DNA of 33,566 nt from Octopus bimaculoides (Eukaryota): contig NC_069008.1 of assembly GCF_001194135.2 (NCBI RefSeq), forward strand, positions 13,015,424 through 13,048,989. The letters run 5' to 3'. Positions 1-11,702 of the stretch are shown one piece after another; within the stretch, counting starts at the first letter, position 1, and each line of letters starts with the position of its first letter. The position numbers and the translations under genes were made by a program. Below the pieces are notes generated by a model. It had not been told where the DNA came from. It ran no database searches and saw only the letters and a program-made list of their open reading frames with translations.

Positions 1-155
1 AGTGGTTAGCTGCATTTAAGTGGCAAATATACTTCACGTAATATTTATTAGTTTTCTTAAAAATAAATGTTTCATTATCATTTACATGATTTTAATGAAT
101 TGACTCTCCTTCTTTTTAATGTTTGTTTAGAAATATGTATTACATTATTTGCTTG

Positions 156-441
156 ACAATTGCAGCATGGAAGGTCTTTATAAGCCATTTAAAATAACAC
201 ACAAAAGCCGTCAGATTCACTTCAACATTTAAATTTAATTTGTCAAAATATTTTCGTCACTTTGAGACCGCGACCTGTTCACTGACAAAATTCCGATGCA
301 GCACAGAATTTGTCAGTGAACAGGTCGCGGTCTCAAAGCAACGAAAATATTTTGATAAATTAAATTTAAATGTTGAAGTTAATCTAACGGTTTTTGTGTG
401 TTTCTTAAATGGCTTATAAACACCTTCCACGCTGCAATTGT
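156..441. repeat. Foldback palindrome (MITE-like), ~137-bp arms, ~12-nt loop
   Basis: 156-293 is the reverse complement of 306-441 at roughly 90% identity (acaattgcagc...gaccgcgacctgttcactgacaaaattc / gaatttgtcagtgaacaggtcgcggtc...gctgcaattgt). No clear target-site duplication (TSD). Confidence 0.9.
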
Positions 442-899
442 TTTCGTTCCAGCACACGATCTCAGATCAGGTCACTTGCTATGCAAGTACATCGCCGTAA
501 TTATTTGCTTACTTTTTGCCAATAATACTATGTTCATAGTAGAACAGGGATTGTATCATCATCATTGTTTTAGTGTCTGATCGATTCTAGTGTATCATAT
601 ATGACAGTCAGACACACAAATTATGGAATATTTGATGTGTATATTTTGAACATTTTCATAAAATGTATTGATTCATATTTCACAGTAAAGTTTGTGCACT
701 CAGACAAGTATTACATTTTTTGTTTATACCCTAGGTCTATCAATACGTTGTTGGTGGATTTGGTAGATGGAATTTGTTGTATATATTCATGGATGTATGT
801 ACGCTTTTGCGAGTTCATGTCTTGTTTGGTATTTGTAAATGAGTGAGCCCATCATGTAAGCAACCCCATCCATTTCCAGTCTTTTGTGAAAACCATTTT

Positions 900-1033
900 G
901 ACCATGGAGAAATATTACCTTGCTTGAGAACAGGTTCATGTTGGCAGCAGGAAAGGCATCTGCCATAGAAAATGAGCCTCAACAAATTTACTCCAACTCA
1001 TGCAATCATTGAAAAGTAAACTTTAAGATGATT
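900..1033 (+). mobile_element. Degenerate 3' end of an RTE-tail-like retroposon
   Basis: gttggcagcaggaaaggcatctgcc...catgcaatcattgaaaagtaaactttaagatgat resembles the better-preserved tail at 5030-5186. Confidence 0.45.
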
Positions 1034-1195
1034 ATATATATATATAGTTTTAGGGAAAAGAACCAAGTTTCATGAACTCATCGATGAAAATCCACTATCA
1101 CATATAGAAAAATTAATAATTAAAAGCACAAATTAATTTTAATTTTTTATAAATTGATTTTAATTGAGTTTTTACCTGTAATTTTGGATTTTGTT

Positions 1196-1196
<1 letters not shown>

Positions 1197-1251
<55 letters not shown>

Positions 1252-1270
1252 ATATGAAATGTGTGTGTAT
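1197..1270. repeat. (TA)n/(TG)n microsatellite
   Basis: Direct reading of the sequence. Confidence 0.95.
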
Positions 1271-1324
1271 ATAAATTTAATTCATGCATGTGTATGCGTT
1301 TAATGTATCCTCTCTGTCTTAACC

Positions 1325-1346
1325 TGTTGTTTCTCTATTATTTCAG
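1325..1346 (+). promoter_or_regulatory. Putative splice acceptor of the ZNF-A terminal exon (exon starts 1347)
   Basis: Pyrimidine tract plus tttcag|attatctgatgat, homologous to tttcag|atcatcagatgat at 28782-28800. Confidence 0.65.
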
Positions 1347-1569
1347 ATTATCTGATGATATCAAAGAATTGTTCACCTCAGATACACCACCAGTGTTTAT
1401 CATTTTCTAAACACAAAAGGACAATGTTTATACAGAACAAATATCAGCCTGTTGATATAAGTCTCTGGAAAAATTACTGTAAGATATTTCTTCTGGACGG
1501 AGACCACAACCAACAACATTTCTTATAATTTTGCATACTAAATAAATGGGGATTTTCTGCAGCTATGTT

Positions 1570-3327
<1,758 letters not shown>

Positions 3328-3739
3328 CTGAATCAATGTCAAAAGTTAGGTTGTACTCAAACTGTTTTTATCTTTCTCCAGCAGTTTTCGTCATAACAAT
3401 ATACCTTTGAATATCACATTGGATTAGTACTAAGAGAATACAAGATATATGTGAAAGAGTTCCCTGCACCAGAGTGGGAGATGTCAGCCAAATTGTTCCT
3501 TCATGTTTAGCATTGTAAAAGAAAGTGAGTGGAAGATAACTAATACAGTAATGATGACACTATTTATACACCTGTTGAATCCTTTAATTTATTTTTAATA
3601 GGAAGGAAATGTGACTTTTTAATTGTTACTTTTTGCATCTATGTCAATGTTTTTCGCAGGAAATTTTGTTGAGTGGATTAGCAATGCAGTATGTCACTGA
3701 TGAAAACATTAATTTAGAAACGTATCACTCGCAAGTCAT

Positions 3740-4070
3740 TGGTCAAGCAAGTCCGATGGAAGAAGACGCCTACCCAAGGGTGCCATGCAGTGAGACTGAA
3801 TTGGAAAGCATGTGGCCATGTGTACACCTGTAGTCTTGTGCTTAATTTATCAGTTCTTTTGCTGAGCGGCAAGGTTACAGGGATGCAAGCAAACCAACAT
3901 CAGTTGTTAAGCAGTGAGGGGCTACACACATGTGCATATAGAGATGTTCCTGACTTCCGCACAGCTTCTGTAAACCTAATTCATTCACATGATCCTTGGG
4001 CTATAGTAAAAGATATCCACATAGTGTGACTGAATCCAAAACTATGTGATCTGGATATGAACTATGTGAC
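3740..4070 (-). mobile_element. Two old tandem SINE family-B remnants in the ZNF-A 3' flank
   Basis: cccaagggtgccatgcagtgagactgaa and ttttgctgagcggcaaggttacagggatg match the reverse complement of family B. Similar remnants lie at about 30170-30480 in the ZNF-B flank. Confidence 0.55.
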
Positions 4071-4171
4071 CACATAGCCACGCCTGATAAAATACATTAG
4101 TCTCAGTTTTAAAAGTGTCATCCCTCACCGAAACTGAAGCAGGTGTTAGTTTCTCTATGTTACATGTGGTG

Positions 4172-4543
4172 TGGAGGCGCAATGGCCCAGTGGTAAGGGC
4201 AGCGGACTCACGGTTTCGATTCCCAGACCAGGCGTTGTGTTTATTGAGCGAAAGCACCTAATGCTCCACGAGGCTCTGGCAGGGGATGGTGGCGAACCCT
4301 GCTGTACTCTTTCACCACAACTTTCTCTCACTCTTACTTCCTGTTTCTGTTTTGCCTGTAATTCAAAGGGTCAGCCTTGTCACACTGTGTCACGCTGAAT
4401 ATCCCCGAGAACTACGTTAAGGGTACATGTGTCTGTGGAGTGCTCAGCCACTTGCACGTTAATTTCACGAGCAGGCTGTTCCGTTAATCGGATCAACTGG
4501 AACCCTCGACGTTGTAAGTTATGGAGTGCCAACAACAACAACA
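4172..4543 (+). mobile_element. Full-length tRNA-derived SINE (family A) with (CAA)n tail and 12-bp TSD
   Basis: Head tggaggcgcaatggcccagtggtaagg...ggtttcgattccc carries A/B boxes. There is a 3' stem-loop (gttccgttaatcggatcaactggaac) and a caacaacaac tail. TSD ttacatgtggtg at 4160-4171 and 4544-4555. Confidence 0.9.
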
Positions 4544-4785
4544 TTACATGTGGTGGATACTAGAACTCTACCTTCCGCTGCTTATCAGGAATGGTTCACT
4601 ACTAAAATGTACCNNNNNNNNNNNNNNNNNNNNNNNNNNNNNNNNNNNNNNNNNNNNNNNNNNNNNNNNNNNNNNNNNNNNNNNNNNNNNNNNNNNNNNN
4701 NNNNNNNNNNNNNNNNNNNNNNNNNNNNNNNNNNNNNNNNNNNNNNNNNNNNNNNNNNNNNNNNNNNNNNNNNNNNNNNNNNNNN

Positions 4786-5186
4786 GCAAAAAGAGTTTAT
4801 TTCAGTAAGCAAAAACGAAATCGGGATAGCACCTGTGACCAGCGTCGCCTTTCTGGCACATGTGCCCGTGACATGTGTAAGGATTTTCGAGCGAGATCGT
4901 TGCCAGTGCCCCTGGACTGGCTCTTGTGCGGGTGGCACATAAAATACACCATTTTGAGCGTGGCCGTTGCCAGTACCGCCTGACTGGCCTTCATACCGGT
5001 GGCACGTAAAAGCACCCACTACACTCTCGGAGTGGTTGGCATTAGGAAGGGCATCCAGCTGTAGAAACTCTGCCAAATCAGATTGGAGCTTGTTGTAGCC
5101 ATCTGGTTCACCAGTCAGTCCTCAGTCAAATCGTCCAACCCATGCTAGCATGGAAAGCGGACATTAAACGATGATGATGATGATAA
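4786..5186 (+). mobile_element. RTE-tail-like retroposon (family R) 3' portion with (GAT)n tail
   Basis: ggttggcattaggaagggcatccagctgtagaaactctgcc...catgctagcatggaaagcggacattaaacgatgatgatgatgat, with internal ~60-bp subrepeats. Matches 27231-27665 in reverse. The RTE assignment is recalled, not searched. Confidence 0.75.
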
Positions 5187-5889
5187 TGTTGAATTCCTTA
5201 TAGTTTTTGACAAGGTACCTTTTACTCAGGAAAGCATGTTGCTGTATATGGAAGATACCTTGTATATTCTACTTGCATTTTTACTGTCCTTGATCTTTTA
5301 AACAATTGCTGCACTTATATCTGAAACATAGTTGCACAGTACCAAAAAGTATTAATTCTTTGGTATAACCTGTTTAACACTTCCTCAATCATTTGCATTA
5401 ATTAGCAAAAAGATTTGACATATTTTGAACAGGTGTCACTCCTAAGGGTGAATATGAAAAGATATTAAAATAACAAGTGCTTTAAGGGCCAAACTAAGGT
5501 TTGAAATATTTTAGGTAAAAATAATATAGAAAATGGTTTTAAAAACATTTATTTACCATCATTTAAATGGTGCTTTATTTCTGTGTGTTAGATTTATTTT
5601 ATTTTCTAACAAAGTGCTCTTCTTTTTCACGCTCAACATGTTATACAAGATGCCTTCGAAAAGTATCCAATTTTTGTGCCTAAAAATACAGTTTTGTACA
5701 TTTCACAAATTACCTTTATTCACCTTCAAATTACAACAATTGGGAAGAGGAATGGAGATATGCATGTACATGAGTATAATTTCTGTTTACTAAAATTCGA
5801 TTTTTTGGTCAATTTATGTTTATAATAGTGGTGGGTCTGTTTGACAAACCCGATTCATTAGCTCAGTCACTTGAAGTAATGAGTAATTG

Positions 5890-6062
5890 GCTGTGTGTGT
5901 GCATGCATATCTATATATATGTGTATTTATATATATATATATATGTGTGTGCGTGTATATATATATGTGTGTATATATATATTTGTGTATTTATATATAT
6001 GTATGTATATATATGTCTATGTGTAATGTCTGTATATATGTGTATGTTTATATATATGTATA
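5890..6062. repeat. Compound (TA)/(TG) microsatellite
   Basis: Direct reading of the sequence. Confidence 0.9.
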
Positions 6063-7554
6063 ATCAAAATAAGCAACAGGATGTCAAGAGGTGATGCAGT
6101 GCAACCATTTCGAGCAGCTCCATTTAATTGAACAATGCAATCATTACATCAATTTAAGTGCAAGGCTATCCTCAGCTGCATAAATAAATAGAATTTTTAA
6201 TCAGTTGAGCACATTGATATAATTTTACTCAAATTCTCTAATAGAGCAAGAAGAGGGAAAGAGTCCATGTTGCTCCTGATGTCACTCAGAATCTACTACA
6301 CTTCTAAGAGCTGTATGCAGTTTGTTAGGGCCATAGCTTGTAAAGGATTGTGGTTCATTTTTAATTAATTGATCGTTTTTTTTATGAACTACCAAAATCT
6401 AAGGCTAGAGGACTGTCTGTTTAGAATGGATAGAGTGAGTTGACAGTTTGTAGTTGGGTATGGTCATAAATATTGTCAGGATTTTAGGAAATGTATAAGT
6501 AATTGTCTAAAAAGGAGGCTGGGTAGGAGAAGACTCTAAATCAAGGTGTTAATTACCAGTTAAAGGGGCAAGATACTAATAAAACCTATGATGTTAATAC
6601 AGAGGAAATTATCATGGGGTACAATGTATGATGGTATATAAACAATATTGCTATGTTGTATGAAGATAAAATTTAAGATTACTAAAAATGATATAACCAA
6701 AATAGATAAACTGTGTATATAACAATTTTCAACATTAGAAAGGGAAGATTACATAGAATTAGTTTAATATTCATTTATGTATTTAATTATTTACTTATAA
6801 GGTGGTTTCTATAAAGATTGCTCTGGGTATTTACTTATGGAATACTGGGACATTAAATCATGCTATCTTTATATTAGTTATAAGCTAAGAATCAGAATAA
6901 TGAGTTGTGCACAGATAGATGCACATATCTAACTATGTGCACACATGCAAATATACACAAATATTTGTACTTTATTATGGGTATGTTATAATCAACTCTT
7001 CTAGACTTAAAGTAACTAGAAAGTTTATATTTCTCTTTAAGAACATTAATAACTTATAAGAGATGAGAGGTCAATAAGTAAAGATACCGAATAAGAAAAC
7101 ACAATAATAAGAAATTGTAGAGAATAGTAAGAAAATATATATAACATATATAATACTAGGGGGTAAGTTCACGTCATATACAACACTAAAATTAATTATA
7201 TATTGAGGGTTTGTTTATGTTAGGCTCATTTGATTTTTTTTTCTTGAAAATAAAAAAATATTGCTTTTTATATTAGATTCACTAATAATTTCTTTTTCAT
7301 AGTAGAACTAATAATTTTTTTTTTTTCCATAATAGAACCAATACTTTCATCTCTGTAGTAGAAGCAATTCTTTCATCCTTGAGGTAGTGTCAACCCATCA
7401 TCATCATAATGAATAGTGCAATGCCTGATCTCTATGTCGAGGATATATTCTTGATATATTTATGTTCTGAGATGAGGATTACATGTTTTTGAATTTCAGA
7501 CATTTTCAAAAAATTAAGGAAGCCTTTTTATACATATATATATATAGAGAGAGA

Positions 7555-7937
7555 GAGGTGGATGTGTGGTAAGTGGCTTGGTTACCAACCACATGGCTCT
7601 GGGTTCAGTCCCACTGCATGGCACCTTGAGCAAGTGTCCTCTACTATAGCCTCGGGCTGACCAAAGCCTTGTGAGTAGATTTGGTAGACGGAAACTGAAA
7701 GAAATCCGTCATATATGTGTGTGTGAGTTTACGTGTCTGTATTTGCCCCCTCCCCCCACATCTCTTGACAACCAATGCTGGTGTGTTTATGTCCCTGTAA
7801 CCTAGCAGTTCGCCAAAAGTGACCGATAGAATAAGTACTAGGCTTACAAGGAATAAGTCCTGGGGTCAGTTTGCTCGACTAAAGGTGGTGCTCCAGCATG
7901 GCTGCAGTCAAATGACTGAAACGAATAGAAGAATAAA
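7555..7937 (+). mobile_element. tRNA-derived SINE family B (CORE-like ccttgggcaagtg segment, internal microsatellite)
   Basis: tgtgtggtaag...gggttcagtcccactgcatggcaccttgagcaagtg...gaataagtactaggcttac...aaatgactgaaac. Further copies at 19984, 21344, 22712 and 32051. Confidence 0.85.
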
Positions 7938-8690
7938 CAATATATATAATCTGTATTCAATTAATAGAAGAAAAGAAAATGGAGAGTTGAAAGTTAGTAA
8001 TTATTTATTAATAAATTGATATTTCTTACTTCCTACAGCTGTTTCCATTTGTGCTCATTAAATAAGTTACAAATTTATATTTTAAATTTGCATTTATAAG
8101 ATATTAGCAAAATATCATTAGGGAAAATGATATACATTAAAAGGTTACATGTTGACCTCTCTGTTCATACCAGCAGACTAAATATATGGAGTTATTGTAT
8201 TTTTATTTTTGTGTGTGCATGAGGGTTAACGGATTAATTTGAATATAATAAAAAAATAAAATAAAATGGATAAGGTAGAATAAAATAAAATAAAAAGTAA
8301 AATGCAATAAAAGTAAGACAAAAATAAAATAAGATAGCATAGAATATACATATATATTGATAAATATGTACATATAGATATACATATACAAAAAAAATAC
8401 ACATAAAAATGTAGACACACACACACATAAGAAAAAATTGACATACTGACTATGTATTTAATCAGTGCCCATTGGTTGCAGAAATTTTAATTAGTTTACA
8501 TGCAGTTAAGCCTTTCAAGAAAATATCTGATCATAACGGTTCCTCAGTATATGCGCGTGTGTGTGTGGAATTATGTGGTAATAAAAGACTCAGTAATAAT
8601 CGCATGCATGTATATATATATATTTGTAAAATTACTACACAAGTAAGTAGATAATGAAAATGCCACTTTTTTAAAACATTTTTTGGGGGT

Positions 8691-8746
8691 TTTAATTAAT
8701 TTACATGTTTCGGTTTTTCTGAAAAACCTTATCAAAAATGAATATA
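8691..8746 (-). ncRNA. Candidate type I minimal hammerhead ribozyme (Penelope-like) with U3-A8 core
   Basis: Minus strand: UUGAUAA (8735-8729), stem II GGUUUUU-CAG-AAAAACC (8728-8712), GAAA (8711-8708), palindromic stem III ACAUGU, cleavage triplet GUA. Stem I is weak and AU-only. Confidence 0.45.
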
Positions 8747-8924
8747 AAATATGTGAGAAGAGAAAAGGGCTATTAATAAAATAAAATTGAAATTAAAATT
8801 AAGAATGACATTCATAGTTTACTGTTATTTCTTGCATGCGCACGTGGTCCTTTCCTTGAATACTGAAAACATGGTAATTCCAACTTGTTCTTTTAGTAGA
8901 TTACTACTATCTGTAAACTATGAA

Positions 8925-9072
8925 TGAAAGAGTACAGTAGGGTTCGACACCATCCCCCTGCCGGAGCCTCGTGGAACTTTAGGTGTTTTCGCTCAATAAA
9001 CACACACAACGCCAGGTCTGGGAATCGAAACCGCGAGTCTGCTGCCCTAACCACTGGGCCATTGCGCCTCCA
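8925..9072 (-). mobile_element. SINE family A, 5' head only (3'-truncated)
   Basis: Reverse complement of the first ~150 nt of the 4172 copy. actatg occurs on both sides (8917-8922, 9072-9077). Confidence 0.85.
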
Positions 9073-9254
9073 CTATGCACACACATATACTGAACATTGT
9101 ATACAAATATATATACACACAAATGGTGTCTGTGTTGAAGAATGTTGCAATGATTGTTAGTGTGTAGAATGCAATGTAAGCAATGTGGGTTCGATTCCCA
9201 GGTGAACCCAGTAACAATGTTAATAATATAAAAGTTTAAAATTTATGAAAATAT

Positions 9255-11699
9255 TTATTTGTCATAATGAAAGAAAGCAAAAGATTGACGTCCTGGAATA
9301 ATTCCAAAAACCATTAAAGAATTATCTGAACTATCAACACCAAGAACTTGGAAGACTTCATTATCATAACTCCTGAGGAGTAAATATTCTGCAGTATTTT
9401 CAAATGTTTGGTGTTCAGTTTGTCCAGGTATTTGGTATATATTGTTTTCTAAGTCTGTTATATAAACATATTCACCAACTGCTGTCAGACAAGGTCTGTA
9501 AATATCAAGTTTGAAATTAATTTCTCCTGGTACTAACTCTATCCTCCTGACCAATGACTCTTCCCTGTACCAGTCAACAAGACAGAAATCATACTCACAG
9601 TTCAACTCTTCCACCTTTTTCGTCTCCGTTCTCACAACAACAACATCACCAAAAGCTGTCACTGCTACATCGAACACCACCGCATCTCCCTCATATTTTC
9701 CATATTTCATCGTTTCTCCATAACACACTTCATATTTACATGTCCCATCATTGATATCAACTACATCTACATAATAAGAGTCGTAGGCGTCGGGGTTGAT
9801 GCAAGCGTAGTAAATGTTTTTGTTGTAGTATTTTACTTTATAGTGCTTGTCTCTCTCATTTTGAGTTATGTTCCTAATATAATGACCACCACACACAAGT
9901 TGATTGTCATTGTATTTATAAACAGTGTTGTAGTATTTCTCAGTTTTGATGCTTCTTAAACGACAGAGATCCCTGTTGAAGACCATCATTTCTTTACCAA
10001 AGATGACTATGAAACGTTGATCCGTCCATTGACATATACCTAGTGGTTGTTGCTGTGGTAATTGTTTATGTTGAAGTATGTCACCTGTGGTTGTTCTGAT
10101 TAATGTGATAGTATCTCTAAACATCAACACATAGACATTGTCATCTAACTTAATTAGTTTGCTGTTATAGTCAACATAATTATAATTAACAGGTTCGTCG
10201 ACTGCAGGAATGGAAAGCGGGACCATTGCTGTTCTATATGGAAGTCTCCTCACTGATATTTCATCAATTCCTGACATACTCTCTGCTATGTAACTACCAC
10301 ATCCCACCTTTAATCTACCTTTACTAATTATTTCACCTGATTCACCTCTTCTTCCTCCATCTCCATCTTCTCCACTGTATTTCAGTCTATTAGTTAACTC
10401 ATTACTGAATATTTCGTTGTTCATCTGGGATTTATTGGAAAGGAAATGAAGAGTAAAATCAAGCTTTACTAACGACACAGATTCCAGAATGTTCAGTTGG
10501 TCCCCATCAATCTTTATGCAATGACATTCAATCAATTCAATATGTTGACACCAGTAAATACCCCCCACTTTTCTCCATATTACACCATAAGGTACTCGAC
10601 TTTGCCACACTTTATATTTCTCCAAATCTTGTTTCTTCAGTTGAAATATTTCTTGTCTTTGTGGAAGAGTGACCATTATGTGTGTTTCTTGTGTAAAACA
10701 CACACCACCAACTACACTTCCAACATTTCTGTGACATAGCAGCTCCCCGTCTTCATCAAATATTTTAACATTTCCATTATTGGCTTTTTCACACACAACT
10801 GTCTTTCCTTCGTCAGAGATATCAATATCTTTTACTTGAACAAGACATTTGTCTGTTTGCAAACGAGAAACAGGGAAACTTTCTCGATTAACCATAAACA
10901 AACCTTCAATATATAATTTATTCTTTTCCCAGTTGCAGCTTCCAACAAATCTTGGTCCTTTACAGTTTATACTGGAGAAATCTACTTTATCTTTATAAAA
11001 TCTTTGACTTAAAAATATTTTATAGTATTCCCCAGCCTGTGTCAAACACACAATGTTTCTATATTCATAGTAACTAGAATATCTATCCCACTCACCTTGA
11101 ATGTACAAATAACTGTCATCAGTTGTCATCCTGTCATAATGACCAAAATTCATCATGTAGTGTCTAACTGAATGTAAATATTGACCATCACTACTGAGGA
11201 AAACGATGAATCTAGAATTGTTGACAATGATGACATCATCAGCAGTAACTTTAATACCAATGGGGCGATTAATATTAAGTCTCTCTCTTGTTACTGTTTC
11301 AGGTATGTCTATTTGTTTTATTTCATTCACAGTCAAATGTATTTCATCAATTTCAACGACATATAAACTAAATCCACCACCACTTTCCCATTTAAAAAAC
11401 AGCAGTTGATTGTTTGAAAAAGAAGCGATATAACTATATGTATTTTTCGTCTGGTAAATTACCAACGACAATGGAAATTCCACTTTTAATGTCAACAGTC
11501 CATATTTCTCACCATAATCCTTAGTCGTAATAACCAGTGTGTTTGACTGCCATCGATACATTTTGATGTCGTAATCAACATTCAATTTGATAGAATCAAG
11601 AAGCCGACCATCAAATGTTAGTATCTTAATGTTTTTATTCTCATTATCATATCCTGCAATCAGATTGTTTTCAGTAACAACCAAGGGAGCAATCCCCAC
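9255..11699 (-). CDS. C-terminal 814 codons of a multi-NHL/beta-propeller protein, in frame with 11703-14687
   Basis: Propeller blade motifs VGGVCFTQETHIMVTLPQRQEI, PLGICQWTDQRFIVIF, VFDVAVTAFGDVVVV. The called start is a GTG two codons after the upstream TGA, so it is not a plausible eukaryotic initiator. Confidence 0.75.
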   Translation of the reverse strand: MGIAPLVVTENNLIAGYDNENKNIKILTFDGRLLDSIKLNVDYDIKMYRWQSNTLVITTKDYGEKYGLLTLKVEFPLSLVIYQTKNTYSYIASFSNNQLLFFKWESGGGFSLYVVEIDEIHLTVNEIKQIDIPETVTRERLNINRPIGIKVTADDVIIVNNSRFIVFLSSDGQYLHSVRHYMMNFGHYDRMTTDDSYLYIQGEWDRYSSYYEYRNIVCLTQAGEYYKIFLSQRFYKDKVDFSSINCKGPRFVGSCNWEKNKLYIEGLFMVNRESFPVSRLQTDKCLVQVKDIDISDEGKTVVCEKANNGNVKIFDEDGELLCHRNVGSVVGGVCFTQETHIMVTLPQRQEIFQLKKQDLEKYKVWQSRVPYGVIWRKVGGIYWCQHIELIECHCIKIDGDQLNILESVSLVKLDFTLHFLSNKSQMNNEIFSNELTNRLKYSGEDGDGGRRGESGEIISKGRLKVGCGSYIAESMSGIDEISVRRLPYRTAMVPLSIPAVDEPVNYNYVDYNSKLIKLDDNVYVLMFRDTITLIRTTTGDILQHKQLPQQQPLGICQWTDQRFIVIFGKEMMVFNRDLCRLRSIKTEKYYNTVYKYNDNQLVCGGHYIRNITQNERDKHYKVKYYNKNIYYACINPDAYDSYYVDVVDINDGTCKYEVCYGETMKYGKYEGDAVVFDVAVTAFGDVVVVRTETKKVEELNCEYDFCLVDWYREESLVRRIELVPGEINFKLDIYRPCLTAVGEYVYITDLENNIYQIPGQTEHQTFENTAEYLLLRSYDNEVFQVLGVDSSDNSLMVFGIIPGRQSFAFFHYDK

Positions 11700-11702
11700 T
11701 GG

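Noticed and set aside
3697-3725. CUGAUGA...GAAAC hammerhead-like words on the + strand
   Set aside because: Stem II does not close against GAAA, and the motif is not kept in the paralogous ZNF-B flank.
5190-5225. FLIVFDKVP, reminiscent of the LINE reverse-transcriptase motif AFDKVPH
   Set aside because: Too short, and no further RT motifs were found in frame.
9130-9215. gtgggttcgattcccagg B-box-like motif
   Set aside because: No tRNA cloverleaf. At most a decayed SINE head.
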